A program made the position numbers and the translations under genes. Positions 32,157-42,262 of a DNA stretch of 64,000 bases are shown one piece after another. How positions within the stretch are numbered: position 1 is the stretch's first letter; every line of letters starts with the position of its first letter. Source of the stretch: an uncultured Acidobacteriota bacterium (GTDB lineage Bacteria > Acidobacteriota > Vicinamibacteria > Vicinamibacterales > CAVVIG01). The stretch lies in the NCBI GenBank assembly GCA_963794705.1, contig CAWCFI010000003.1:859187-923186 (forward strand). The letters run 5' to 3'. The notes beneath the pieces are model-generated. The model had not been told where the DNA came from and searched no databases. It saw nothing but the letters and a program-made list of their open reading frames with translations.

Positions 32157-34578
32157 CTAGTCGGCCCGAAGAGCCGATATCGGATCGACCTGCGTGGCGC
32201 GCAGCGCGGGAATGGCGGTGGCGGCCGCCGCGGTCACGATCAGCGCCGCCGGCACGGCCAGAAACACCACCGGATCAGCTGGCGCCACCGCGAACAACAT
32301 TCCGCGCAGCAGCTGCGCCAGACCGTAGGCCATCGCGCAACCGAGCGCGATGCCGGCGGAGGCCAGGCCAAGCCCCTGTCCCATCACGAGCCGCAGGATG
32401 TCGCTCGACGCGGCGCCCATCGCCATCCGCACGCCGATTTCCGCGGTGCGCCGGCTCACCGCGTACACCATCACGCCGTATACGCCGGCGATCGCGAGCG
32501 CCAGCGCGAGTGCCGCGAAGGTGCCGACCAGCAGCGCGCGGAAGCGCGGCGTCGCCACCGACGACGACAGAGTTTCGGTCATCGTCGTCGCGCGAACCGG
32601 TACTTCGGGATCGGCGGTACGAATCGCGTCGCGGAACGCATTGGCCAGCGTCATCGGCTCGCCGCTGGTCCGCGCGACCAGGGTCAGCGACGTGCCGAAC
32701 GACGGGTGCTGGAGATACGGCATGTAGAGCTCGGGCAGCGGCGGCACCGACGGATCGTATGCGCGCACGTTGCCGACCACCCCGACGATGGTCATGAAGC
32801 GTGGCGTGTCGAGACCGCACATGATGCGGCGGCCGATCGGATCGAGACCGGGGAACGCCTGGCGCGCGAGTGCCTCGTTGACGATCGCCACCATCGGCGC
32901 CTCGAACTCGTCGCGGTCGGAAAAATCCCGGCCGCGGCTGATCGGGATCGTCATCGCGCGGAAGTAGCTTGGCGTGACGACGGTGAAGACCGCCTGTGGC
33001 GCCTGGACGCCGGACACTTCTGGACCGGGGCCGCCTTCCAGCCAGTAGCCGCCGTTGGAATGCGTGGATGTCGCGGGCAGGCCGCGAACACCGGCAACGG
33101 ACACCACGCCCGGGAGAGCGCCGAGCCGCGGCAGCAGCGCCGCGTAGGTCGCCGTCGCGCGGCGCGCGCTCGCCTCGTCGCGCGCCGGCACCGTCGTCCG
33201 CACCACCAGCACCCGATCGCTGGCATAGCCAAGATCCACGCGTCCGAGCGCGACGAAGCTCCTCGCGAGCAGCGCGGCGCCGACGACGAGCGCGACGGCA
33301 AGCGCGACTTCAGCGACGACCAGGAGCCCGCGGAAGCGCGCCCCGCTCCCGCCGGCCGCGGCGCCGCGGCCGCCTTGACGAAGCGATCCGTTGAGATCGA
33401 CGCGCGACGCCTGCACGGCCGGCAGCACGCCAAAGAGCAGGCTCGCCGCCACGGACGAGGCGAGGGTAAAGCCGAGCACTCGCCCGTCGATGCCTATCTC
33501 GGACGTCAGCGGCAGACCTGCCGGGGCCAGCGCGACGAACGCAGTGACGCCCCATTTGGCGATCGCGAGGCCCGCCGCGGCCGCGACCACCGCGAGGAGG
33601 AGGCTCTCCGTCATCAACTGCGCCACGATCCTGGCGCGTCCGGCACCGAGGGCGGCGCGCACGGCGAGTTCGCTCGTGCGGCCCGTGGCTCGGGCCAGCA
33701 GGAGATTCGCGACGTTCGCGCAGGCGATCAGCAGCACGAGACCGACGGCGCCGAAGAGGAGATACAGCGTCGGCCGGGTGTCGCCCACGAGCTGTTCCTG
33801 CAGCGGTACCGACCGCCGCGCCCTTGCCTTCGTTCGAGGCTGGATACGCCGCCGACAGCCGCGCGGCCAGCGACGAGAGTTCCGCCTGTGCCTGGGTGAC
33901 CTCCACGCCGTCTTTCAGCCGCGCGACGACCCGATAGTTGTGCGCGGAGCGCGAGGCGGTCTCTCCGGAGGAGGATGGGAAGTACCAGATGTCGGTGCGC
34001 CCGGGAAACCCGAACCCGGGCGGCATGACGCCGACGATCGTCACGGCGCGCTGGCCGAACGTGATCGTGCGGCCGATCGCCCCGGGCGAGCCGCCGAAGC
34101 GACGGCGCCAGAACTCGTGGCTGATCACCGCCGCAGGCGCGTCGCTGGGCGATGCGGTGCGCGCGATGCGCCGGCCGGCCAGCGCGTCCACGCCAAAGAC
34201 GTCGAAGAACTCGGGGGTCACGAGCACGACGGATCCGTAGTCGGCGACTCCGTCGACGTTGACGCTGGTCTCGAAATCGAGGTCGTAGGTGTAGTAGGCC
34301 ATCGCCGCAAACGACGACGTCGAGTCGTGCCAGTCGTGGAAGTCGGGCGCCGAGACGGTGCCGCGGCGCCCCGTTTTCTGCCACTGCGTCGTCAAGGCGA
34401 CGATCCGATCGGGCCGGTAGTAGCCGAGCGGGCGCAGCAGCACCGCGTTCACCACGCTGAAAATCGCGGCGTTGGCGCCGATGCCGAGCGCCAGCGTGCC
34501 GATCGCCAGCAGCGCAAAGGCCGGCTGACGGCGCAGCGAGCGCGCGGCGTAGCGGAGATCCTGAAGCACGGCGTCCAT
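32157..34578 (-). pseudogene. ADOP-family MacB/FtsX-type ABC permease; one frameshift as sequenced
   Basis: N-terminus [51 protein letters not shown] (ORF 33310..34578). The C-terminal part from ..[40 protein letters not shown] is in ORF 32157..33788. The junction is near 33810. AGGAGGG SD. Confidence 0.85.
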
Positions 34579-34659
34579 CGAGTCCCTCCTGAATGGTGGT
34601 TAGACGGGAACCGAGGACCGAGCGTTCAGCGCATAATGACGGATCAGGAGAGGACACTC

Positions 34660-35199
34660 ATGAAGACCGTGAACGCCTGTTCGACGATGGTGATCCTGTG
34701 GGCGGCCATGGCGGCGGCGCAGGCCCCCGCCCCGACCGACACGGGCTATACCGCAACGGTGCGCAACAGCTGGAACAGCGTCAAGCGGTACGTGGCCGCG
34801 TCGGCCGAAAAAATGCCGGCCGAGCAGTATGGATTCAAGCCCACGCCGGAAGTCCGGAGCTTCGGCGAGCTGGTCGGGCATCTGGCCAACGAACACTACC
34901 TGCTCTGCGCGCCGCTGAAGGGCGAAGCGAACCCGATGGCAAAGGTGGACTTCGAAAAGACCACGGCGAAGGCCGACCTCGTGAAGGCGATCAACGACTC
35001 GAACGCCTACTGCGACGCGGCGTACGCGGCGGCGAAAGACGACGCGAAGACGATCGCGCCGTTTTCCGAGACCCGCCGCGACACGCCGTTCCGGACCATG
35101 CTGCTCAACGTCACCCACGACAACGAGCACTACGGCAACATGATCACCTACCTGCGGATGAAGGGGATCGTGCCCCCCTCGTCGACGCCGACCCGATAA
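34660..35199 (+). CDS. DinB-family (DinB_2-like) four-helix-bundle protein, exported
   Basis: Signal MKTVNACSTMVILWAAMAAAQA and DinB-type His triad context (FGELVGHLANEHY..VTHDNEHYGNMITYLR). AGGAGAGG SD. Confidence 0.7.
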   Translation: MKTVNACSTMVILWAAMAAAQAPAPTDTGYTATVRNSWNSVKRYVAASAEKMPAEQYGFKPTPEVRSFGELVGHLANEHYLLCAPLKGEANPMAKVDFEKTTAKADLVKAINDSNAYCDAAYAAAKDDAKTIAPFSETRRDTPFRTMLLNVTHDNEHYGNMITYLRMKGIVPPSSTPTR

Positions 35200-35218
35200 T
35201 CAGCGACCGGCGCCGGCG

Positions 35219-37549
35219 CTAGAACCGGGTGACGAGCGCGAGCCGGAGCGCCCGCGGGGAGCCCGGCGAGATATTAGTGTTGCTGTCGGCGTTGATGTAG
35301 TAGTTCGCGCCCAGCAGGTTCTCGACGTTGAGCTGCAGGCGGGTCTTGGCGGTCACGCCATAGAACAACGCGGCATCGACGCGGGTGTAGGCCGGCAGCG
35401 TCACGGTGTTGTCCACCGCGACGAACATGTCCGAACGGTACAACAGCCCGAGTCCGGCCGACACCTTCGGGTGCAGGCGGTAGTTGTTCCAGAGTGACAG
35501 CGTGTGGTGCGGCACCTGGCCGACCTGGGCGCCGGCCGCGGCGCTCACGGTCGCGCTGGTCACGAAGGCGTTCTGATACGCATAGCCGCCGGCGATCGTC
35601 CAGCCGGGCGTCGGATTGCCGTTGACGCCAAGTTCGTAGCCGTTGGTCCGCTGGCTGCCGGTCTGGATGATCCGCGTCGGATCGTTCGGATCGGTGGATC
35701 GGGTGTTGGTCCGGTCGAGACGATAGAGCGCCGTCGTCAACGCCAGCGACGGCCGCGCGGCCCACTTCACGCCGACCTCGTAGTTGTTGAACCGCTCCGG
35801 CTCGACCTGCTGGGTGATGCTGGTCAGCGAGGAGAACTGATCGCCGGAGCTGGGCAGATACGACACGCTGTAGCTGCCGTAGAGCGAGAGCGGCGCGATC
35901 GGCTTCAGGACCACTCCGGCCCGCGGCGAGACGAGATTGTCGGGCCGCGTCAGCGTGCTGTTGGAGCGATTGTCGTGATAGGTCAGGTCGAAGCGATCGA
36001 AGCGCAGGCCGCCAACGATCTGCAGATGGGCGTTGAGCTCGACCTGGTCCTGGGCGTAGACGGCTCCAAGGCCGGTGGTGAGGTGATTGTCGGCATCGGT
36101 CGCACTCTGGCGGAAGGTAACCGGCGTGGTGATCATCGGGGAGGCGAGCGGCACGAGGATCGACGTCGCGGTGTTGTTGAAGAAGCCGGTGTTGCGGAAA
36201 TTGTCGGTCAGCTGACGGCCGATCTCGGCGCCTACGAGGAGGGTGTGCCGGATCGTTCCGGTCGACGCGAGATAGGTCAGATCGGTCTGGTTGAACAGGT
36301 TGGTGCGGGCGGTCGCGTTGTTGTACGCGGTCATCGCGAACTGCGTCTGGTTGGCCGAAACCGCGCCCGGCACGTAGTTCTGATAGGAGCGATCGTAGCG
36401 CGCCACCGAGCTGTTGTTGCGAATGGACAGGGCGCCCGCCTGATGTTCAATGGTGACGTATGCCAGGTTGACGTTGGCGTCCACATGGCTGTCCGAGGGA
36501 TTGCCGAAATAGGTCGACGGATCGACCACGACCGGCTTGCCCTGCGTCGAGGTGATGCCGCGATCGGCGACCCGCGTGTCGTTGAGATATTCGTAGCTGG
36601 CGACGATCTTGGTGCGGCTGTTCGGCACGAACGTCAGGGTCGGGGTGATGCCGTAACGCTTCAGACCGACGGCGTCGCGAAAGCTGTCCGAATCCTCGAA
36701 CATGCCGTTGACCCGGAACGCCGCGGTCTCGCCAAGTTGGTGATCCAGATCGGTCGTGACCCGCTTGTTGCCGTACATCCCGCCCTGCACGGACACTTCG
36801 TACAGCGGCTGGAACAGCGCCTCCTTGCCGACGCGGTTGACCACGCCGCCGGCCCCGCCACGGCCGAACATCAGCGCGTTCGGTCCCTTGAGAACTTCGA
36901 CCCGGTTCAAGTTGTACAGATCGCGGTAGTACTGGACGTCGTCGCGGACGCCGTTGACGAAGAAGTCGGCTGACGAACTGTTGCCGCGCATGATGATCTG
37001 ATCGCGGTTGTTCTCGCCCTGATGCACCGACACCCCCGGCACGTAGCGCATCACGTCGCCCATGCCCATCATGAGCTGATCCTGAATCTGTCGGCCGGTG
37101 ACGACCGCCACCGACTGCGGCACGTTCAGCAGCGGCGTGGGCGTCTTGGTGGCGGAGCGAATGACGGCGACCGGCTCGGCGGGCGCCGCCGAGACCGATA
37201 CGGTCTCGCGGACGCCCGCCAGCGCCAGCTCAAAATCGAGCCCCTGCGGACGGCTCAACGGAATGCTCACGGTTCGTGCGGCCTCACGAAAGCCGTCCGC
37301 GGTCACGGTCAGCGCATAGGTGCCGGCCGGCAGCGTGAGTTGGAACGCGCCCCGCCGATCGGTGACGACCGCGGCGCCGATCGGGCGGCCGTCGGAGGCG
37401 ACGATGATCACGGCGCCGGCGATCGGCGAGCCGCTCGGATCAGTGACCTGGCCGGTCAGGGCGGACGTTGTCACCGCCTGGGCCGCGGTCAGCCTGGCAG
37501 GTGTCGCGAGCAGCGAGAGCAGAGAGAGGGCGACGAGCCACGAACGCAT
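35219..37549 (-). CDS. TonB-dependent (siderophore-type) outer-membrane receptor with N-terminal carboxypeptidase-regulatory-like domain
   Basis: Signal MRSWLVALSLLSLLATPARLTAAQA, a CarboxypepD_reg-like segment (LTGQVTDPSGSPIAGAVIIV), plug motifs (VEVLKGPNALMFGRGGAGGVVNRV) and a C-terminal ..RLALVTRF. CAGGAG SD. Confidence 0.9.
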   Translation of the reverse strand: MRSWLVALSLLSLLATPARLTAAQAVTTSALTGQVTDPSGSPIAGAVIIVASDGRPIGAAVVTDRRGAFQLTLPAGTYALTVTADGFREAARTVSIPLSRPQGLDFELALAGVRETVSVSAAPAEPVAVIRSATKTPTPLLNVPQSVAVVTGRQIQDQLMMGMGDVMRYVPGVSVHQGENNRDQIIMRGNSSSADFFVNGVRDDVQYYRDLYNLNRVEVLKGPNALMFGRGGAGGVVNRVGKEALFQPLYEVSVQGGMYGNKRVTTDLDHQLGETAAFRVNGMFEDSDSFRDAVGLKRYGITPTLTFVPNSRTKIVASYEYLNDTRVADRGITSTQGKPVVVDPSTYFGNPSDSHVDANVNLAYVTIEHQAGALSIRNNSSVARYDRSYQNYVPGAVSANQTQFAMTAYNNATARTNLFNQTDLTYLASTGTIRHTLLVGAEIGRQLTDNFRNTGFFNNTATSILVPLASPMITTPVTFRQSATDADNHLTTGLGAVYAQDQVELNAHLQIVGGLRFDRFDLTYHDNRSNSTLTRPDNLVSPRAGVVLKPIAPLSLYGSYSVSYLPSSGDQFSSLTSITQQVEPERFNNYEVGVKWAARPSLALTTALYRLDRTNTRSTDPNDPTRIIQTGSQRTNGYELGVNGNPTPGWTIAGGYAYQNAFVTSATVSAAAGAQVGQVPHHTLSLWNNYRLHPKVSAGLGLLYRSDMFVAVDNTVTLPAYTRVDAALFYGVTAKTRLQLNVENLLGANYYINADSNTNISPGSPRALRLALVTRF

Positions 37550-37708
37550 GCATAACTCCTGGTCGTCGCGTGGCTCGCGTGCGCGCTCCAGTAGAATGTG
37601 GAGGCCGAACGCGTCACGCGCCACGCGCGTGATAAACGGTCCTGTTCCGGACGACGGTCGGCAACCCGCCGGGTGTTGGCGCACCCGGCGGGCGCTTAAT
37701 CCATTAAA

Positions 37709-37723
37709 TGAGACTGAGTCTCA
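37709..37723. promoter_or_regulatory. Fur-like 7-1-7 inverted repeat in the divergent TonB-receptor / PIG-L promoter region
   Basis: TGAGACT-G-AGTCTCA flanked by A/T (ccattaaaTGAGACTGAGTCTCAatttcag). It lies in the only AT-rich island of the 229-bp spacer. Confidence 0.4.
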
Positions 37724-37778
37724 ATTTCAGCTCGGTTAGCTTATCTCCGACCTTTTCGGTCGGTCAAGCAGTACGTGC

Positions 37779-38789
37779 ATGAGTAGTAGCTGCCGACGGT
37801 TTGCTGCGACCCTCACCCTCAGTGCCGCGGCCGTGCTCCTCTCCCCCACTGCTGACGGAGCGCCGCCGCCCCGCCAGAGAGCGCATGTCGCGAAGCCACC
37901 GCCCCCGCCGCCTCCCGTCCTCGACGTGCCGGAAGCGACGCGCCTGCTGGTAGTCGCGCCTCACCCCGACGACGAGGTGCTCGGAGCCGGTGGGCTGATG
38001 CAGCGCGTGAAGGCGACGGGCGGAGCCGTCCGGGTGGTGTATCTCACGGATGGCGACGGCTATCCCGAAGGCGTCAAAGAGGAGGATCACGTCGAGGCGC
38101 CGACGGCGAAGGACTACCTGGGATACGGAAAGCAGCGCCGGCGAGAAGCGCACGCCGCGCTCGTGCGCCTGGGCCTGGGAGACGCCTTTCAGACGTTTCT
38201 CGGCTTTCCCGACGGCGGCCTTTGCAAGCTGACGCGCGCCTACTGGTCGGAGCGTCGTTCGGCCTACCGATCGCCGTACACCCGCCTCAACCGGCCGCCG
38301 AAGTCGGAGATGCTCGTGCCGGCGACGCAGTATCGCGGCGAGGATCTGTCGCAGGAGATCGCGCTCGTGATCGGCGACTTCAAGCCGACGATGATCGCGG
38401 TACCGCGCCGCGAGGACCAGCACGCGGACCATTGCGCAGCCTGGTACTTCCTGAACGACGCGCTCAACGACGTGCGCCGTGTCCATCCCGAGTTCACGAC
38501 CGACGAGATCAACTACATCGTCCACTTCAACACCTGGCCGTTCGAGGACGACGGCCCGGCGCTGGAGCCGCCGCCGGGGCTGCGCGGCGGCGCGTCCGGC
38601 TGGATGCGGCTGGCGCTCAGCCCGGCCGAGACCCGCGCCAAGCGTCAGGCGCTGCGGCGCTTCACCACCCAGATGCACGTGATGGACTGGTTTCTCGACG
38701 GCTTCGCGCGGTCCAACGAAGTGTTCTCGAGGCCGCGGCCGTTCAGGGTGATCCTGCCCAGCCGCCGCAGCCCCTGCTGCGATCAGTAA
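37779..38789 (+). CDS. PIG-L (LmbE-like) family N-acetylglucosaminyl deacetylase, exported
   Basis: LLVVAPHPDDEVLGAGGLMQ..VVYLTDGDGY..HADH motifs with a signal-like N-terminus. Confidence 0.8.
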   Translation: MSSSCRRFAATLTLSAAAVLLSPTADGAPPPRQRAHVAKPPPPPPPVLDVPEATRLLVVAPHPDDEVLGAGGLMQRVKATGGAVRVVYLTDGDGYPEGVKEEDHVEAPTAKDYLGYGKQRRREAHAALVRLGLGDAFQTFLGFPDGGLCKLTRAYWSERRSAYRSPYTRLNRPPKSEMLVPATQYRGEDLSQEIALVIGDFKPTMIAVPRREDQHADHCAAWYFLNDALNDVRRVHPEFTTDEINYIVHFNTWPFEDDGPALEPPPGLRGGASGWMRLALSPAETRAKRQALRRFTTQMHVMDWFLDGFARSNEVFSRPRPFRVILPSRRSPCCDQ

Positions 38790-38792
38790 GAC

Positions 38793-39902
38793 GTGACCAC
38801 CGCAGCGCCGCGCCTCGATTCGCTCGACGTCTTTCGGGGCCTGGCGATTGCGGCGATGATCCTGGTCAGCACGCCCGGAACGTGGAACGCGGTCTACACG
38901 CCGCTCGATCACGCGCTCTGGAACGGCTGGACGATGACCGACCTCGTCTTTCCGTTTCTCCTCTTCGCGATGGGGGCGGCGGTGCCGTTCGCGCTGGCGC
39001 GGCGCCGCGGCACGCCGCAGCGGATCGGACGGCACATCCTCAGGCGGGCGCTGATCCTGTTCGCGCTCGGCCTGGTCCTCAACGCGATTGAAGCGGCGAC
39101 GCCGATGCACTGGGCCACGTTCCGGATCCCCGGCGTACTGCAGCGCATCGCCATCGTCTTTCTCGCGGTGGCGTGGCTCACGGAAAACGGATCGCTGCGC
39201 CTGCAAATCGCGGCGGTCGTCGCCGCGCTGGCGGGGTACTGGGCGGCGCTGCTGTTGATTCCGGTGCCGGGCGCCGGAGCTGGCGTGCTGACGCCCGAGG
39301 GCAATCTCGCGTCGTTCATCGATCGCGCGCTGTTCGGCCGCCACCTCCTGAACCGGCTGTCGGATCCGGAAGGGCTGTTGAGCACGCTGCCGGCGATCGC
39401 GACGGCGATGAGCGGCGTGTTCGCCGGAGACTGGTTGAAGGAACGGCGGCAGCCGCACCACAGCGCGTGGCTGTTCGCCGCCGGCCTGCTCGCGATGATC
39501 GTCGGACTTGCGTGGGGGCGCGTGTTCCCGATCAACAAGAACCTGTGGACCAGCTCCTTCGCGCTGTTCAGCGCCGGGCTGGCGGCGCAGGCGCTCGCGC
39601 TCTTCCACTGGCTCGTCGACGTAAGAGGCTGGCGCGCCTGGTCGACGCCGCTCGCGGCCTACGGGCGCAACCCGCTCGCGGCGTATTTCCTCTCGGTCGG
39701 CTTCGACAGCATCCTCACCCGCGTCACCATCACCGGCAGCGGCTCGCTCAAGGGCATCGTCTATCGCAGCGCGTTCGTGCCATGGCTTCGACCGTGCTGC
39801 GGCGCGGAGGCGGCGTCGCTCGGTTACGCGATCGCCTACGTCGCGCTGTGGGGCGTGATTCTCGGGGAGCTGTACCGCCGGCGGGTTTTCATCCGCATCT
39901 GA
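38793..39902 (+). CDS. multi-pass membrane acyltransferase, heparan-alpha-glucosaminide N-acetyltransferase-like (DUF1624/DUF5009)
   Basis: RLDSLDVFRGLAIAAMILVSTPGTWNAVYTPLDHALWNGWTMTDLVFPFLLFAMGAAVPF plus about 10 further TM segments. The start lies 3 nt after the PIG-L stop. Confidence 0.7.
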   Translation: MTTAAPRLDSLDVFRGLAIAAMILVSTPGTWNAVYTPLDHALWNGWTMTDLVFPFLLFAMGAAVPFALARRRGTPQRIGRHILRRALILFALGLVLNAIEAATPMHWATFRIPGVLQRIAIVFLAVAWLTENGSLRLQIAAVVAALAGYWAALLLIPVPGAGAGVLTPEGNLASFIDRALFGRHLLNRLSDPEGLLSTLPAIATAMSGVFAGDWLKERRQPHHSAWLFAAGLLAMIVGLAWGRVFPINKNLWTSSFALFSAGLAAQALALFHWLVDVRGWRAWSTPLAAYGRNPLAAYFLSVGFDSILTRVTITGSGSLKGIVYRSAFVPWLRPCCGAEAASLGYAIAYVALWGVILGELYRRRVFIRI

Positions 39903-39905
39903 AGG

Positions 39906-39919
39906 TATCATCGCCGGCA
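39906..39919 (+). promoter_or_regulatory. -10 box placed for a leaderless MFS transcript
   Basis: TATCAT (39906-39911), 8 nt, ATG 39920. No SD. Confidence 0.3.
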
Positions 39920-41203
39920 ATGACCCACGTCACGCTCGACGCCTCCCCGCAACGCCCGGCCGGCCGCTGGTATCGCGACGTCACCCGCACCCAGTGGAAG
40001 GCGTTCGTCGGCTGCTACCTGGGCTGGGTGCTCGACGGCTTCGACTTCACGATCCTCACCTTCCTGCTGGTCGACATCCAGCGCAGCTTCACGGTGGACA
40101 AGGCGCTGGTCGGATCGCTCGGCACGATCACGCTGATCTTCCGCGTCGCCGGCGGCATCGGCGCCGGCACCGCCGCCGATCGCTGGGGCCGCAAAGGCCC
40201 GCTGATGTTCTCGATTCTCTGGTACTCCGCGTTCTCGTTCCTCGGCGGATTCTCGACCTCGTTCCAGATGCTGTTCGCGATCCGGGCGCTGTTCGGCATC
40301 GGGATGGGCGGCGTGTGGGCGGCTGGCATGCCGCTGACGCTCGAGCACTGGCCCGCGCACCTGCGCGGCACCGCGTCGGGGCTGATGCAGAGCGGCTACT
40401 CGATGGGGTTCCTGCTCTCGTCGCTGGTCTTTGAGTTCGTCTACCCACGCGTGAACCACGGCACCGACCTCGGCTGGCGCTGGATGATGTGGATCGGCAT
40501 CCTGCCGGCCTTCCTGGTGTTCTTCATCATGAGGGGCGTCAAGGAGAGCCCGGTCTGGCTCGACCGCCAGGCGCACCTGAAGAAACACCAGCAGACCGAC
40601 TCGCTGTCACTGCTGCGGCTGTTCAAGCCCGATCTGATCTGGACGACGGTGCACACGTCGCTGCTGATGGGCGCCTTCCTCTTCATGTACCACTCGATCA
40701 CGTATTGGTATCCGACCCTGATCACGCAGATGCACCGCCCGACGCTGCCGTACCTCGCGGCGCTGAACGTCGGCGGCATCACCGGCGGCATCGCCTTCGG
40801 ACGGATTTCGGAGGGCGCGCTCGGCCGCCGCGGCGCCGCGACGATCGCGACGATGGTCGGCATCCTCGCCGTCCCGATTTATGTCTTCACGCAAAGCACG
40901 CCGCTGCTGCTGGCAGGCGCCCTGATGATGGGATTCTTCGGCGCCGGAAATTTCGGCGTGGTCCCCGGCTATCTGACCGAGCGCTTCCCCACCGTGGCCC
41001 GCGCGGTGGGCGCCGGCTTCGCCTACCACGTCGGCGCGGGCTTCGGATCGTTTACGCCGACGCTGGTCGGCGTGCTGCAGGATCGCGGCCTGCCGCTGCC
41101 GACGGCGATGGGCGCCTGCATCGCCGCCTCGGGGACGCTCGTAATCATCCTGATATGGCTCGGCCCGGAGACACGAGGGCGCCACTTCAGCGCGGAGAGT
41201 TAA
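39920..41203 (+). CDS. MFS transporter (sugar-acid/sialate symporter-like)
   Basis: 12-TM pattern with MFS motifs (AADRWGRKGPLMFSIL; LFGIGMGGVWAAGMPLTLEHWP). Confidence 0.8.
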   Translation: MTHVTLDASPQRPAGRWYRDVTRTQWKAFVGCYLGWVLDGFDFTILTFLLVDIQRSFTVDKALVGSLGTITLIFRVAGGIGAGTAADRWGRKGPLMFSILWYSAFSFLGGFSTSFQMLFAIRALFGIGMGGVWAAGMPLTLEHWPAHLRGTASGLMQSGYSMGFLLSSLVFEFVYPRVNHGTDLGWRWMMWIGILPAFLVFFIMRGVKESPVWLDRQAHLKKHQQTDSLSLLRLFKPDLIWTTVHTSLLMGAFLFMYHSITYWYPTLITQMHRPTLPYLAALNVGGITGGIAFGRISEGALGRRGAATIATMVGILAVPIYVFTQSTPLLLAGALMMGFFGAGNFGVVPGYLTERFPTVARAVGAGFAYHVGAGFGSFTPTLVGVLQDRGLPLPTAMGACIAASGTLVIILIWLGPETRGRHFSAES

Positions 41204-41235
41204 TATCTAGAGGCCAGCACCTGAAGGACGTCCCC

Positions 41236-42261
41236 ATGAACGGCACGATTCGCGTCGCCGCGCTCCTCGCCGCTCTCGCCAGTCTTCCGCTTGCGGCGCG
41301 CCAGACCCAGCCGCCGACCTTCGGCGCCGGCAACCGTACGGTGGCGGTCTACGCCACCGTCACCGGGGCGCGCGGCCGGCTGGTGCCGGACCTGACGCGC
41401 GAGGACTTCACGATCGACGACAACGGCAAGCCGCAACCGCTGACCCTGTTCGCCAACGAGGTCCAGCCAATCACCCTGATCATGCTGCTCGATCGCAGCG
41501 GCAGCATGAAGGCCAACTTCGAGCTCGAAGAGCACGCCGCCGAGGCGTTCGTCGCCCAGATGCTGCCCGGCGACAAGGCCCGGATCGGCAGCTTCGCGAA
41601 ATACATCCAGATCGATCCCGAGGAGTTCACCTCGGACCGCGATCGGCTGGTCAAGATCCTGCGGACCGAACTGCAGGAGGACGGCCCGACGCCGTTGTGG
41701 AACGCCGTCGACCGCGGCATCGACAAGCTGCTGATCGAGCAGGGCCGCCGCGTCATCCTGGTCTTCACCGATGGCGTCGACATGCCGCTGAATTTCGCCA
41801 GCCACAACAAGTCGCTCAAGGACGTGATGAAGCGCGCCGAGGAAGACGACGTGATGGTCTACGCGATCGGGCTAGCCGGCCAGAATGGCATGCCGGCCCC
41901 CACAGGCGGGAACGATCGCGGTCGGGGCGGGATGAACCCGGGCGCGTTCGGCGGTATGGGCGGACGCGGGATGGGGATGGGCGCCCCCATCCCAAGCCGG
42001 GGCGGGCTGGAAACCGAGAAGCCAGACGAGGGCCTCCCCAAGATTGCCGCCGCCACCGGTGGCGGCTACTTCGAGCTGACGTCGCCGCGCGATCTCGCGG
42101 CGACCTTCGCCAAGGTCGCCGAGGAGCTGCACCATCAATACGCGCTCGGCTTCACGCCCGAAAAGCTCGACGGCAAGATGCACGAGCTCACCGTTCATCT
42201 CTCGAAGCCGGAATTCGTGGCTCGCGCCAGGAAACGGTATCTCGCGTCGAAGGCCCGATGA
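41236..42261 (+). CDS. VWFA-related acidobacterial-domain protein
   Basis: Signal peptide, VYATVTGARGRLVPDLTREDFTIDDNGKPQ, MIDAS-like LLDRSGSM, and a C-terminal YALGFTPEKLDGKMHELTVHLSKPEFVARARKRY. Confidence 0.8.
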   Translation: MNGTIRVAALLAALASLPLAARQTQPPTFGAGNRTVAVYATVTGARGRLVPDLTREDFTIDDNGKPQPLTLFANEVQPITLIMLLDRSGSMKANFELEEHAAEAFVAQMLPGDKARIGSFAKYIQIDPEEFTSDRDRLVKILRTELQEDGPTPLWNAVDRGIDKLLIEQGRRVILVFTDGVDMPLNFASHNKSLKDVMKRAEEDDVMVYAIGLAGQNGMPAPTGGNDRGRGGMNPGAFGGMGGRGMGMGAPIPSRGGLETEKPDEGLPKIAAATGGGYFELTSPRDLAATFAKVAEELHHQYALGFTPEKLDGKMHELTVHLSKPEFVARARKRYLASKAR

Positions 42262-42262
42262 C

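Noticed and set aside
37550-37708. The ~160-180-nt leader of the TonB receptor gene as a cobalamin or other riboswitch.
   Set aside because: I could not find a B12-box-like element or any other riboswitch core motif I know. Only a simple 11-bp hairpin is present, and the receptor sequence looks siderophore-type rather than BtuB-type.
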